Below are positions 1 through 8,182 of a DNA stretch of 59,217 bases, piece after piece (the stretch's first letter is position 1; each line of letters starts with the position of its first letter). A model generated the notes under the pieces. That model was given only the letters and a program-made list of their open reading frames with translations, was not told the DNA's origin and ran no database searches. The stretch spans positions 1-59,217 of the forward strand of contig CALRHR010000003.1 of NCBI GenBank assembly GCA_943359485.1, read 5' to 3'. Source of the DNA: Candidatus Nomurabacteria bacterium (GTDB lineage: Bacteria; Patescibacteriota; Minisyncoccia; Phycocordibacterales; UBA9973). Made by a program: the position numbers and the translations under genes.

Positions 1-1
1 C

Positions 2-352
2 CAATTAAGGGAAAGCTTTTCAAGCAAGAAAGACCAACCCAATGGGGTTACCAAAGTATTATTGAAAATGAAGCACCCCGCCGGTTATGAACATATATCA
101 AAAATTGAACCATTGCTCATTTACTGGATGCCCATTTCGGCAGATGAAAATATATTTGAGCCATTTTCCACTGTTTCTTTGAAAAATTTTGATTTGCCCA
201 CTATCACCACTGAATTTTCAGAACTCCACATTTTTTCCGTGTCCCTATACCTGCGCCAATTATTCAAAAGACAAAATTACATTGATTTGGACTTACCACA
301 TCTTGAACGAAGAATTAAGACGTTGTCCAGCTTACAAAACCTAAATAACTAG
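2..352 (+). CDS. hypothetical protein, 5' end outside window
   Basis: Reading frame is open from base 2 (QLRESFSSKKDQ..) into the listed 62..352 ORF. No recognisable motif. Confidence 0.3.
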   Translation, partial: QLRESFSSKKDQPNGVTKVLLKMKHPAGYEHISKIEPLLIYWMPISADENIFEPFSTVSLKNFDLPTITTEFSELHIFSVSLYLRQLFKRQNYIDLDLPHLERRIKTLSSLQNLNN

Positions 353-702
353 GAGAGTTGGAATTCCCTCATTTCTTTTTTTAGGCTTTCCATTTCCTTT
401 ATTACTTTTTTATACAATTTTGATTTTTTCTTTACTTCTTTTTTGTCTTTGCTTTGAAAACTCTCTATCAAAAAATCCACGTTCTCATCGCTGACGAATG
501 AGGCCAGTGATATATAAGCGCTAGCTAAAAGCCGGATTCGTTCTTTTATTGACCGCTTCAGTTTTACCTTGGAAGTTGGCAGAGAGGAAATGCGGTTTAG
601 GATGCAGTCCTCAAATTCATCCTCGAACCTGTAATGCTCGGCTTTTTTAATGACTTCCTCAATATCATCCATTCCTAATGGATGACGCTGATTAGCTTGC
701 AA
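349..702 (-). CDS. hypothetical protein (ATG at 672 is a more likely start than TTG at 702)
   Basis: 117-aa ORF rich in charged residues, no recognised domain. The internal MDDIEEV start uses ATG. Confidence 0.35.
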   Translation of the reverse strand: MQANQRHPLGMDDIEEVIKKAEHYRFEDEFEDCILNRISSLPTSKVKLKRSIKERIRLLASAYISLASFVSDENVDFLIESFQSKDKKEVKKKSKLYKKVIKEMESLKKEMREFQLS

Positions 703-739
703 GTCCAGACTCTAAAGCCTAGAAATAATAAATAATTTG

Positions 740-1030
740 TAAATGAGACAGCGCCTAAAACGGCCTTTTAGTGTCTCATCTGTAGCATTCACAAAAATCT
801 AGCCCCTACCGAGAGGGCTAATTATGATATACTGAAATTGCTGAAAGAACCCTTACAACGTCTCACCTTACAATTTCCGAGACCGTGAGGGGGCACCACA
901 CCTAAAACAAGCCCACTGCTGGGCTTTTTTAGTGTGTGGTGCCGACCGCAGTGCTGTTTTGTCAGTAGACAAAACCACGAGGGGCGGGTCGTTCTGACTC
1001 TGAGAGTCATCAGACTCGAATGAGCTTGCG
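740..1030. other. GC-rich, densely hairpinned intergenic block (possible small RNA or stacked repeat units)
   Basis: Hairpins: ATGAGACAGCGCCTAAAACGGCCTTTTAGTGTCTCAT (745-781) and GGCACCACACCTAAAAC..AGCCCACTGCTGGGCT..TTTTAGTGTGTGGTGCC (~885-938). Also GTTTTGTCAGTAGACAAAAC, then a CTCTGAGAGT..CAGACTCGAATGAG unit (994-1024). Confidence 0.3.
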
Positions 1031-1034
1031 AAAA

Positions 1035-1054
1035 TTTTCTGCGACGGCAGAAAA
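1035..1054 (-). terminator. putative rho-independent terminator downstream of holA-like gene
   Basis: TTTTCTGC-GACG-GCAGAAAA, an 8-bp stem with tetraloop. On the minus strand it is followed by TTTTCG. Confidence 0.45.
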
Positions 1055-1098
1055 TTATTTGTAGTCACAAAAAAGATTTTTGCCATCATAACTGGTTT

Positions 1099-1755
1099 TT
1101 AGAAAACTTCAAGCAAAAACTTTTCAAAAACTGCTTCAGCATCGAGGCCTTGCTTACGAGCCTGTGGTAATAGATAGCTTAGTTTGGCAGCAGAATTTTT
1201 AAGTTCAGTTTCGGAGAATTTTCGAAAATCTTTTTTTAAAATCATATCTTTGATTTTCCAAAAAAGTACCCCTATAAGCTCCTCCATCCCTACCCCCCGA
1301 GATATGGCCTGGCGAAAATAAATCCAAAGATTTAGTTTATCCTTAACTGAGAAAGCATTCGCTACTAGAAAATTATCAAACTTCTCTTTTTTTTCTTTAG
1401 GTAATTCGAAAATATTAATCTGAAGTTTATTCGACTCTACCTTTTTAAAAGCGTCAAGTATTAATTTGTTTAACTTACCCTCTGAAAAGATAAAAAGATT
1501 GGAAGATTCACCCATTAAATCTAATTTTTCTAAGACAAATTCCCGAGTTTCTTCGTGTTCAAAGATATTTTCAAAAACCACCGCGGACAAAGACGAAAAG
1601 AGGCTGGCTCCAGAATACAAGTTCTCCAGCTCCATCTCATCGAAATTATTTCTGTTAATATGAAAATTAACTGCGCCCTTTGGTATAGATTTTATGAATT
1701 TTTCATAATTTAGGCTTTTGTTTTTAACATCATCGCCATAAAAAAGGTAGATCAT
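1099..1755 (-). CDS. holA: DNA polymerase III delta subunit-like protein (short form)
   Basis: N-terminus MIYLFYGDD.. and overall helical layout resemble the HolA clamp-loader delta subunit. At 218 aa it is shorter than the E. coli protein. Confidence 0.5.
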   Translation of the reverse strand: MIYLFYGDDVKNKSLNYEKFIKSIPKGAVNFHINRNNFDEMELENLYSGASLFSSLSAVVFENIFEHEETREFVLEKLDLMGESSNLFIFSEGKLNKLILDAFKKVESNKLQINIFELPKEKKEKFDNFLVANAFSVKDKLNLWIYFRQAISRGVGMEELIGVLFWKIKDMILKKDFRKFSETELKNSAAKLSYLLPQARKQGLDAEAVFEKFLLEVF

Positions 1756-1758
1756 GTT

Positions 1759-2253
1759 TTAAAATTTTACTAATTTTTTGTATTCTTGATAAGCCGTCCC
1801 ATATTTCTCTTCCAGAATTTTATGATACTTATCAACAAATAAAAATTTAGAAATTAAAAAGGCAACAATCATCGAAAGAATTACAAAGAATGAATTAGTA
1901 ACGATTCCAAATCCTAAAATTAACAAAAGAAGCCCGCAGTGGGTCGGAATGCGAGTATAACGATACGGTCCACGATAAAAATGTTCAGCTCTTTTTTCTG
2001 CTACCTTGGTAAGCTCGTTTCCAGACTTCTGTGCCCAGATTATTAGGGCAGTGGATAATATCAAGAAAAAAAGCCCGACCGGCACCATGACAGAATCCGC
2101 AAAAATTTTTACTTTAAAAATGATATCAAGACCAACCCCCACCAAAAGCAATACAAAATAAACCGTATATGAATGGGCTAAAATCTTGTGTACATTATTC
2201 TTATGTGGATTTTCGCTTAGAGTTTCCATATTTATATTATAGCATAAATTCAA
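1759..2253 (-). CDS. isoprenylcysteine carboxyl / phospholipid methyltransferase family membrane protein
   Basis: Multi-TM protein with RGPYRYTRIPTHCGLLLL, matching the GPYRxxRHPxYxG signature of the ICMT/PEMT family. Confidence 0.6.
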   Translation of the reverse strand: MNLCYNINMETLSENPHKNNVHKILAHSYTVYFVLLLVGVGLDIIFKVKIFADSVMVPVGLFFLILSTALIIWAQKSGNELTKVAEKRAEHFYRGPYRYTRIPTHCGLLLLILGFGIVTNSFFVILSMIVAFLISKFLFVDKYHKILEEKYGTAYQEYKKLVKF

Positions 2254-2266
2254 CTATTTTTCTTCA

Positions 2267-2287
2267 GTGAGGACTTTAGACCCTCAC
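2267..2287. repeat. REP-like hairpin, family A, inverted orientation (GTGAGGACTTTAGACCCTCAC)
   Basis: 6-bp stem GTGAGG/CCTCAC around the CTTTAGA core. It lies in the last codons of the transposase-like ORF. Confidence 0.6.
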
Positions 2288-2761
2288 TAGGAAGTTCATC
2301 GAACTCTTCTAGGCCAGTCTTTCCTCTTTCCCTTCTAATAAGGTTAACAATTTCGTCGCAATGCTTCTTTAATTCATTTTTACCACCAAAAACTTTTAGC
2401 ATATCTTTGCCTTCAGTTTCTGAAACAAAATCAAAATTACCATTTTTATACTCTGTATCACTAGCAAAAACAAACTGTGTTTTGTTCTTTGGAATATTAT
2501 GCACATCATAATTTTTATTTACATAGGCAAATGTTTTACGAAAATAATTTTCGTTTTTAATTAGCTTAGACTTGAAAGTTCCTTGGAATAAGGAACCTGC
2601 TCTTTGGTGTCTTAGATTAAAATAAGAAGTATATCCTCCTTGGAATTTTTGCAAAAACTTAGCTATGCCGCCATCCATTAATTGTTTTAATAAAAAGTGA
2701 AAATGATTAGGATTAATACAAAAAGCAACAATCGCTACAAGTGGCTTTGACTGCTCTCGAT

Positions 2762-2778
2762 GAGGGTCTAAAGCCCTC
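2762..2778. repeat. REP-like hairpin, family A (GAGGGTCTAAAGCCCTC)
   Basis: Stem GAGGG/CCCTC with loop TCTAAAG. Its outer stem base lies 11 nt from the in-frame stop of the transposase-like gene. Confidence 0.6.
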
Positions 2779-2977
2779 TCTGAGATTGATTAATGATACA
2801 TCTCCAAACTTCCTATCGCTTTAATTTGATTAAACTGCTTAATGCTTTCTTTTAAGCGCGCAATGTCTTTTAAGTTGCTAACTATGTCGCGCTTGTCTAC
2901 CCCCCTATTATAGATATGATAATACTCCCCTGTTACAAGTGGTTCTTTTCTCATATATAATAGTATAACACAACAAA

Positions 2978-2998
2978 GTGAGAGTCTAAAGCTCTCAC
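2978..2998. repeat. REP-like hairpin, family A (GTGAGAGTCTAAAGCTCTCAC)
   Basis: Perfect 7-bp stem with TCTAAAG loop, just upstream of the transposase-like start (2954). Confidence 0.65.
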
Positions 2999-3006
2999 TG
3001 GGTAAT

Positions 3007-3046
3007 AAACATAAATACGACCCGTGAATAGGTCGCATTTATGTTT
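3007..3046 (-). terminator. long hairpin, probable terminator of ORF 3090..3431
   Basis: AAACATAAATACGACC-CGTGAATA-GGTCGCATTTATGTTT, with 15 of 16 stem positions paired and T-rich flanks on both strands. Confidence 0.45.
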
Positions 3047-3089
3047 CTTTTATTCCACTTTCTTCTAGGATTTAAAACACATTAACAAA

Positions 3090-3431
3090 CTACATATTTT
3101 CCAAAATCGTTACCGAAATTGAGATGTTACTTGCTGGTGAAACAACTTCTGCGAACAAAGAACCCAATCTTTTTCTCGCATCGTTGGATATATTTGGGTC
3201 CCTAAGTAAAGGGAGATTAGTTTTAAAAAATTCACCCCTAACTCCAAGTTTTGTTCTACACTTTTCACGCAGAGAATCCATTTCTGATTTTGTAGCGTTA
3301 GGATTATGGATGCAACTTTCTAACTCTCCAGACAAAGAATCAACTTCTGTTTGAAACTCATCAATTCTTGCATCAATATCTTCATTTGTGTGTTCTGGAG
3401 TCGCTCCCGGTGGTATTCCTTCCATTCCCAT
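3090..3431 (-). CDS. hypothetical protein
   Basis: 113-aa ORF, acidic and helical, no recognised motif. Confidence 0.35.
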   Translation of the reverse strand: MGMEGIPPGATPEHTNEDIDARIDEFQTEVDSLSGELESCIHNPNATKSEMDSLREKCRTKLGVRGEFFKTNLPLLRDPNISNDARKRLGSLFAEVVSPASNISISVTILENM

Positions 3432-3574
3432 AAATTTTTTTTAATTAAATTTATAATTTCGACCTTTCTGGAAGTTTTATAGAGTCTTGCCAATCTCTTT
3501 ATATTTATTGTAGACATAATAACATACTTTATTTCTTATTTCCATTTTCCCCTTTAGATAAAAAATACTAACCA

Positions 3575-3595
3575 GTGAGAGTCTAAAGCTCTCAC
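3575..3595. repeat. REP-like hairpin, family A (GTGAGAGTCTAAAGCTCTCAC)
   Basis: Identical 21-mer to 2978-2998, located 4 nt downstream of the polA stop. Confidence 0.65.
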
Positions 3596-3598
3596 CGA

Positions 3599-6106
3599 TT
3601 ATTTAACTTCCTCTAAATTGTCCCCAAACCCAGAATGCACACTAAGCGGTATATCTGTTTTATAATGCAAATATGATCTTTCTAAAACACTTTCCATTGC
3701 ATTTTTTATTATTTTATCAGCTTTTTCTAAGATATTTTCTTCTACTTCGTATACTAACTCATCGTGTATTTGAAGTACAAGGTGAACTTTATCTAAAATC
3801 CCCATACTTTGCAAATCCTCTTCCACATATCTAATAGCTAGCTTGATGATGTCTGCAGTAGCAGTCCCCTGAATCGGTGCGTTAGTCGCAGTCCGCTCCG
3901 CCATACTTTTCAAAAAAGGAATTCTAGAATTTATATTCGGGAAATATCTGCGTCGACCAAATAAAGTTTCAGTGTAAGAATTTTTTAAAGCAAATTTTTT
4001 CGTTTCCTCTAAATACTCCTGCACACCGGAGAACTGCTGGAAATAATTGTCATAAAATTTCTGTGCTTCCTCCCGTGTACCACCCAGATTTTTCCGCAAA
4101 GAGGAAACCCCCATACCATAAATAATACCAAAATTTATAACTTTTGCCTTTCGACGCATTTCAGCATCGACTTTTTCTAAAGGAACCCCAAAAACAAAAG
4201 AAGCAACCCCCGCATGAATATCCTTTTTATCTCGAAAAATTTCTGTCATTTTTTTATCTCCCGAAAGCATCGCTGCCACCCGTAGCTCAATCTGACTATA
4301 ATCATACGCGCAAAGTTTATATCCTTTTTGAGCAACAAATCCTCCCCGAATTCTCTTGCCGAGTTCTGTCTTGATTGGTAAATTTTGTAAATTCGGATCC
4401 TGTGAAGAAAATCTTCCTGTTGTAGTATTGTTTTGTAAAAACTTGGCATGCAATCTTCCATCTTTATGAGTCATTTTAGGAATTACATCAATATAAGTAG
4501 AAAGTAGCTTCTGTAATTCTCGATAAGCCATAATTTCTTTGATAATTTCGTTTTCATCTTCTAATTCTTCTAAAACGGAAATTTTAGTAGAGAAATTGCC
4601 ACTTGCACTTTTCTTCGTTGATTTTCCCGGGGACTTGAGACCTAGTTTCCCAAAAAGAATCTCCCCTAATTGTTTGGGTGAATTTATATTAAACTCAGTA
4701 CCGGCCATTTTGTAAATTTCTTTCGTTAATTTATCTAATTCTCCATGGTATTCCTTTGAAAGCTTTTCAAAATATTTTTTATCTATCAGAATTCCATGGT
4801 CTTCCATTTCTTTTACTATGTGTATTATCGGTTGTTCTATTTCGCTGTAGACTTTATCCAACTTTTCCTCTTTTAATTTTTTAAAAATATATTCATAAGC
4901 TACATCAAATGAATCACTTCCAGCAAACATCAAAATGTCTCCTTGATTTGGGTTGCTTATGTCAGAATTTAGAAGCCATAATGCAATACTAGCTTCTTGG
5001 AGCTTGGTGGGGTCTGTTTCAAAATGCTGATTTTTAGAATTTTGGATTGGACTAGTTGGAATTTGGACCCCATGGTTTGGAATTACAGATTTCGAAAGGA
5101 TATCAGAAAATTCCGCTAAACCAGATTTTTCATTTTTGTTAAAAAAATTCTTTAGCCGCATAAACAAACTTCTAAACTCAAATTTCATGAACATTTGTTC
5201 TACCTTCTTTGGATCCGCATTTTCCCAAAACGACTTCTCTGGTATTTTAAAATCAATCGGTGCATCAGTACGAATCGTCGCTAAAGTTTTAGAAAAAATA
5301 GCCTCTTCTCGGCCTTCCTTTATTAGCTTTAGCATTCTATCTGTCAGGCCGACCCCGAGTAGGATCGAGGGGTTCTTATCTAATTGTTTATAAATCTCTT
5401 CTATCGTCCCAAAATTGACAATAAGGGTTTGCGCTGTTTTCTCCCCAATACCCTTTATCCCTTTAATGTTGTCTGACGGGTCTCCTCGCAAACCTTTGTA
5501 ATCCGGCAGGAGTTTGGGTCGAAACCCAAACCTTTCCACAACTTTTTCTTCATCATATAAAATAGTGTCGTTAATTCCTTTTTTCAAAGTATAAACTTGT
5601 ACTTTCTTGTCATCCACTAATTGCATTGTATCCATATCACCAGAAGCAATAATGATATTTAGACCCCCACCCAGCCTCCCCCTTAATAAGGGGGAGGTGT
5701 CAGAATGACGGAGGGGGTTCTTCATTTTCTCAACTATAGTCCCCAAAATATCATCTGCCTCAAATCCCGGCGCATCATAAATGGGAATATTGAACGCTTC
5801 GAAAATTTGCCGGGAATTTTTAAGCTGAGTGATAAGTGCCTCATCTGCCTTAATTCTCCCCTCTTTATACTCTTTATATGCTTCGTGCCGAAAAGTTTTC
5901 CCAGGCAAGTCATAACAAGCCACCATATAGTCCGGCTTGAGATCCGTCACGATTTTCATCAGCATACTGGAAAGTCCGTACAAGGCCCCTGTCGGCTCGC
6001 CTTTAGACGACAAGAACTCTGGCAAGGCATGATAAGCCCGGTGGATTATGGCATGAGCATCAAGCAATATTAAGGTTTTTTTCTTATCATTATTTTCTTT
6101 AGACAT
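3599..6106 (-). CDS. polA: DNA polymerase I
   Basis: 835 aa. N-terminal 5' nuclease domain (LILLDAHAIIHRAYHA, GFEADDILGT) and C-terminal family A polymerase motifs (DYSQIELR, QIHDELV). Confidence 0.95.
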   Translation of the reverse strand: MSKENNDKKKTLILLDAHAIIHRAYHALPEFLSSKGEPTGALYGLSSMLMKIVTDLKPDYMVACYDLPGKTFRHEAYKEYKEGRIKADEALITQLKNSRQIFEAFNIPIYDAPGFEADDILGTIVEKMKNPLRHSDTSPLLRGRLGGGLNIIIASGDMDTMQLVDDKKVQVYTLKKGINDTILYDEEKVVERFGFRPKLLPDYKGLRGDPSDNIKGIKGIGEKTAQTLIVNFGTIEEIYKQLDKNPSILLGVGLTDRMLKLIKEGREEAIFSKTLATIRTDAPIDFKIPEKSFWENADPKKVEQMFMKFEFRSLFMRLKNFFNKNEKSGLAEFSDILSKSVIPNHGVQIPTSPIQNSKNQHFETDPTKLQEASIALWLLNSDISNPNQGDILMFAGSDSFDVAYEYIFKKLKEEKLDKVYSEIEQPIIHIVKEMEDHGILIDKKYFEKLSKEYHGELDKLTKEIYKMAGTEFNINSPKQLGEILFGKLGLKSPGKSTKKSASGNFSTKISVLEELEDENEIIKEIMAYRELQKLLSTYIDVIPKMTHKDGRLHAKFLQNNTTTGRFSSQDPNLQNLPIKTELGKRIRGGFVAQKGYKLCAYDYSQIELRVAAMLSGDKKMTEIFRDKKDIHAGVASFVFGVPLEKVDAEMRRKAKVINFGIIYGMGVSSLRKNLGGTREEAQKFYDNYFQQFSGVQEYLEETKKFALKNSYTETLFGRRRYFPNINSRIPFLKSMAERTATNAPIQGTATADIIKLAIRYVEEDLQSMGILDKVHLVLQIHDELVYEVEENILEKADKIIKNAMESVLERSYLHYKTDIPLSVHSGFGDNLEEVK
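5664..5717. repeat. GC-rich hairpin element (family D) inserted in frame in polA
   Basis: CCTCCCCCTT-AAT-AAGGGGGAGG (5675-5697) within a GC-rich patch. It encodes ..RHSDTSPLLRGRLGGGL.. between the conserved EADD and SGDxD segments. Confidence 0.7.
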
Positions 6107-6144
6107 TATGTAAATTGTAGCATTTAAGGTACAATTTATGTATT

Positions 6145-7842
6145 ATGTTGGATTTTGACGATGAAAAGCAAAAAAAACAACTGGAGGACTTGTATAAACA
6201 AGAAGAAGAAGATCTGGTGGCAAGCTTAGCGGAATCAAAATATCATATTCCCTATATCAATCTCTATCAAGTAACCATAGACAATGAAGCCCTTCGCGCC
6301 ATATCAGAAAAAGATGCAACTGAAATGAATGTTGCACCTTTTAAGCTTTTTGGGAAAAATATTTATATTGCTATCCGTTCACCATCTCCCAATCTTTTTA
6401 AAACCCTTAAAGAAATAGCCGAGAGGCATGGTTTGGTTGCCAATTTTTACATGGCTTCAATGGCAAGCTTGAAAAAAGTCTGGGAAAGATATAGAGAGAT
6501 TTCCATGGCAGAAAGTTCACAGGTTGGAGGATTGGAAATTTCTGGAGAAGTTTTAAAAGAAATTGCAAAAAACATCAACCACATCCAAGATATTGAAAAA
6601 CTAGTAACAGAAGCATTGGAAGGAAATAAAATTCATAAAATTTCCAAACTACTTGAAATAATTTTAGCTGGAGCCATTGCCATAAAAGCCTCTGACATCC
6701 ACATTGAACCGGAAAAAGATAGAGGTAGACTACGACTTCGTTTAGATGGCATACTAACAGATATAAATTTCTTCGGATTGAATGTATACCATTTGCTCAA
6801 CTCTCGCATCAAGCTTCTCTCTGGTATGAAATTAAGTTCCAAAATAGCGCAGGATGGACGGTTTAGTATTATGAAAGGAGAAGAGGAATTAAATATTCGT
6901 ACTTCGCTGATTCCAGGAGCCTACGGCGAAAGTATCGTTATGCGTATCCTCGATCCAAAATCCATCCAAGTTCCGTTTGAAGAACTTGGCATTGAACCAT
7001 ACCTTTTTGAAATCGTCAAAGAAGAAATCGCCAAGCCAAATGGCATGATTTTGGTTACCGGTCCGACTGGATCCGGAAAAACCACCACCCTTTACGCATT
7101 TTTGAAAAAAATATATTCAACAGAAATAAATATCATCACCATCGAGGACCCGATAGAATACCATCTGCCCGGTATAACTCAAACCCAAATAAACCTCGAT
7201 AAGGGATACTCGTTCCCCGAAGGGCTCCGTTCTAGCTTGCGTCAAGATCCGGATGTAATAATGGTCGGAGAAATTCGTGACAGCGATACGGCAGATATAG
7301 CCGTGCAGTCTGCCCTCACTGGACACATGGTCTTCTCTACCCTTCACACCAACAATGCCGCCGGTGTTATCCCCCGACTCATCGATCTTGGAGTCAATCC
7401 AAAGATTATGGTTTCAGCGCTCTCTCTATCCATAGCTCAGCGTTTGGTCCGCAAGCTATGTAAATTTTGCAAAAAGGAATCTGACCCCAATGCAGATGAA
7501 ACTAAAAAAATACAACTTATCTTGGATGGTATGAAAATGGAAGGCAAAGATTTCTTAAAACACAATATTAACATAGATAAATCTTTTAAAATTTTTTCTC
7601 CCACGGGTTGTGAAAAATGCAATAACACAGGCTACAGTGGGCGTATTGGGATATTTGAAGCAATCCAAACAGACGAAACCATAGAAAAAATAATGCCAGA
7701 AAATCCAAGCGAAAGAGAAATAAAAAAAGTGGCAAGCAAACAAGGTATTTTATCTATGCGCCAAGATGGCATTGTAAAAATCTTAAACGGTATTACTTCA
7801 CTCGAAGAAGTGGCAAGTGTAGTGGATCTACAAGAAGAGTAG
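6145..7842 (+). CDS. pilB: GspE/PilB-family secretion/type IV pilus assembly ATPase
   Basis: T2SSE N-terminal domain, Walker A GPTGSGKTT, and Asp/His boxes. C-terminal tetracysteine CKFCKKE..CEKCNNTGYSGRIGIFE. Confidence 0.9.
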   Translation: MLDFDDEKQKKQLEDLYKQEEEDLVASLAESKYHIPYINLYQVTIDNEALRAISEKDATEMNVAPFKLFGKNIYIAIRSPSPNLFKTLKEIAERHGLVANFYMASMASLKKVWERYREISMAESSQVGGLEISGEVLKEIAKNINHIQDIEKLVTEALEGNKIHKISKLLEIILAGAIAIKASDIHIEPEKDRGRLRLRLDGILTDINFFGLNVYHLLNSRIKLLSGMKLSSKIAQDGRFSIMKGEEELNIRTSLIPGAYGESIVMRILDPKSIQVPFEELGIEPYLFEIVKEEIAKPNGMILVTGPTGSGKTTTLYAFLKKIYSTEINIITIEDPIEYHLPGITQTQINLDKGYSFPEGLRSSLRQDPDVIMVGEIRDSDTADIAVQSALTGHMVFSTLHTNNAAGVIPRLIDLGVNPKIMVSALSLSIAQRLVRKLCKFCKKESDPNADETKKIQLILDGMKMEGKDFLKHNINIDKSFKIFSPTGCEKCNNTGYSGRIGIFEAIQTDETIEKIMPENPSEREIKKVASKQGILSMRQDGIVKILNGITSLEEVASVVDLQEE

Positions 7843-7898
7843 CCCTTCGCTATGCTCAGGTCATTCAAACTCTGAGAGTTTTCAGACTCGAACGAGGT
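7843..7898. repeat. family B repeat (..CTCTGAGAGTTTTCAGACTCGAACGAG..)
   Basis: Shares CTCTGAGAGT-N-TCAGACTCGAAYGAG with 994-1024 and, in reverse complement, with 10081-10135. Confidence 0.55.
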
Positions 7899-7930
7899 GA
7901 TTTTTAAAAAATAAAAATCAAATAAAAAAA

Positions 7931-8073
7931 GCATTAATCTCTAAACAATCCTTTCGAAGCTAGGCTCCAAGAGTAACAAATTATTATAGGATAGATCCAG
8001 TGAACTAATAAAAGTACCAAATCGTCCTACGCAAACTCGTATAACCAGTGGCTGATTGCTTAGAGATTAATGC
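7931..8073. repeat. 143-bp element bounded by 20-bp terminal inverted repeats (MITE-like or structured RNA)
   Basis: GCATTAATCTCTAAACAATC (7931-7950) versus GATTGCTTAGAGATTAATGC (8054-8073), complementary at 19 of 20 positions. Confidence 0.5.
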
Positions 8074-8182
8074 TCTCTAATGAATACATTTTACTACATA
8101 TAAAATATAGCAAATGCTATAATGTGTATAGCTATGTTAATAGCATGTGTATAAATGTACTATTTGCATAGTATAGCACAAT

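Larger units (their letters stand above)
2250..2954 (-). pseudogene. HUH/Y1 tyrosine transposase (IS200-like / REP-associated RAYT-like) interrupted by an in-frame TAA
   Basis: ORFs 2790..3038 and 2250..2678 are in the same frame. Through-translation gives ..GEYYHIYNRGVDKRDIV..LEMYH*SISERALDPHREQSKPLVAIVAFCINPNHFHFLLKQLMDGG... The HUH motif (HFH) lies between the stop (2790-2792) and the next Met. Confidence 0.6.

Noticed and set aside
740-1030. Assignment of the GC-rich block to SRP RNA, tmRNA, RNase P RNA or 6S RNA
   Set aside because: I could not find the diagnostic elements: the SRP helix 8 GGAA tetraloop with AGCAGC context, the tmRNA tag ORF and tRNA-like end, or the RNase P GAGGAAAGTCC motif. 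It is kept only as an unassigned structured region.
822-1089. Listed minus-strand ORFs 822..1010 and 868..1089
   Set aside because: They run through the GC-rich hairpin block and a terminator-like stem. Their composition (Cys/Arg/Pro-rich) is what random translation of GC-rich repeats gives, so they are treated as non-coding.
2790-2792. Stop-codon recoding or alternative genetic code to explain the in-frame TAA in the transposase-like gene
   Set aside because: All long housekeeping ORFs read cleanly with the standard code and many use TAA as a terminator. The known CPR recoding affects UGA, not UAA. Pseudogene or sequencing error is simpler.
3320-3517. Listed 65-aa ORF overlapping the 5' end of ORF 3090..3431
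   Set aside because: It overlaps the longer ORF in another frame and extends into AT-rich intergenic DNA, with no supporting motif.
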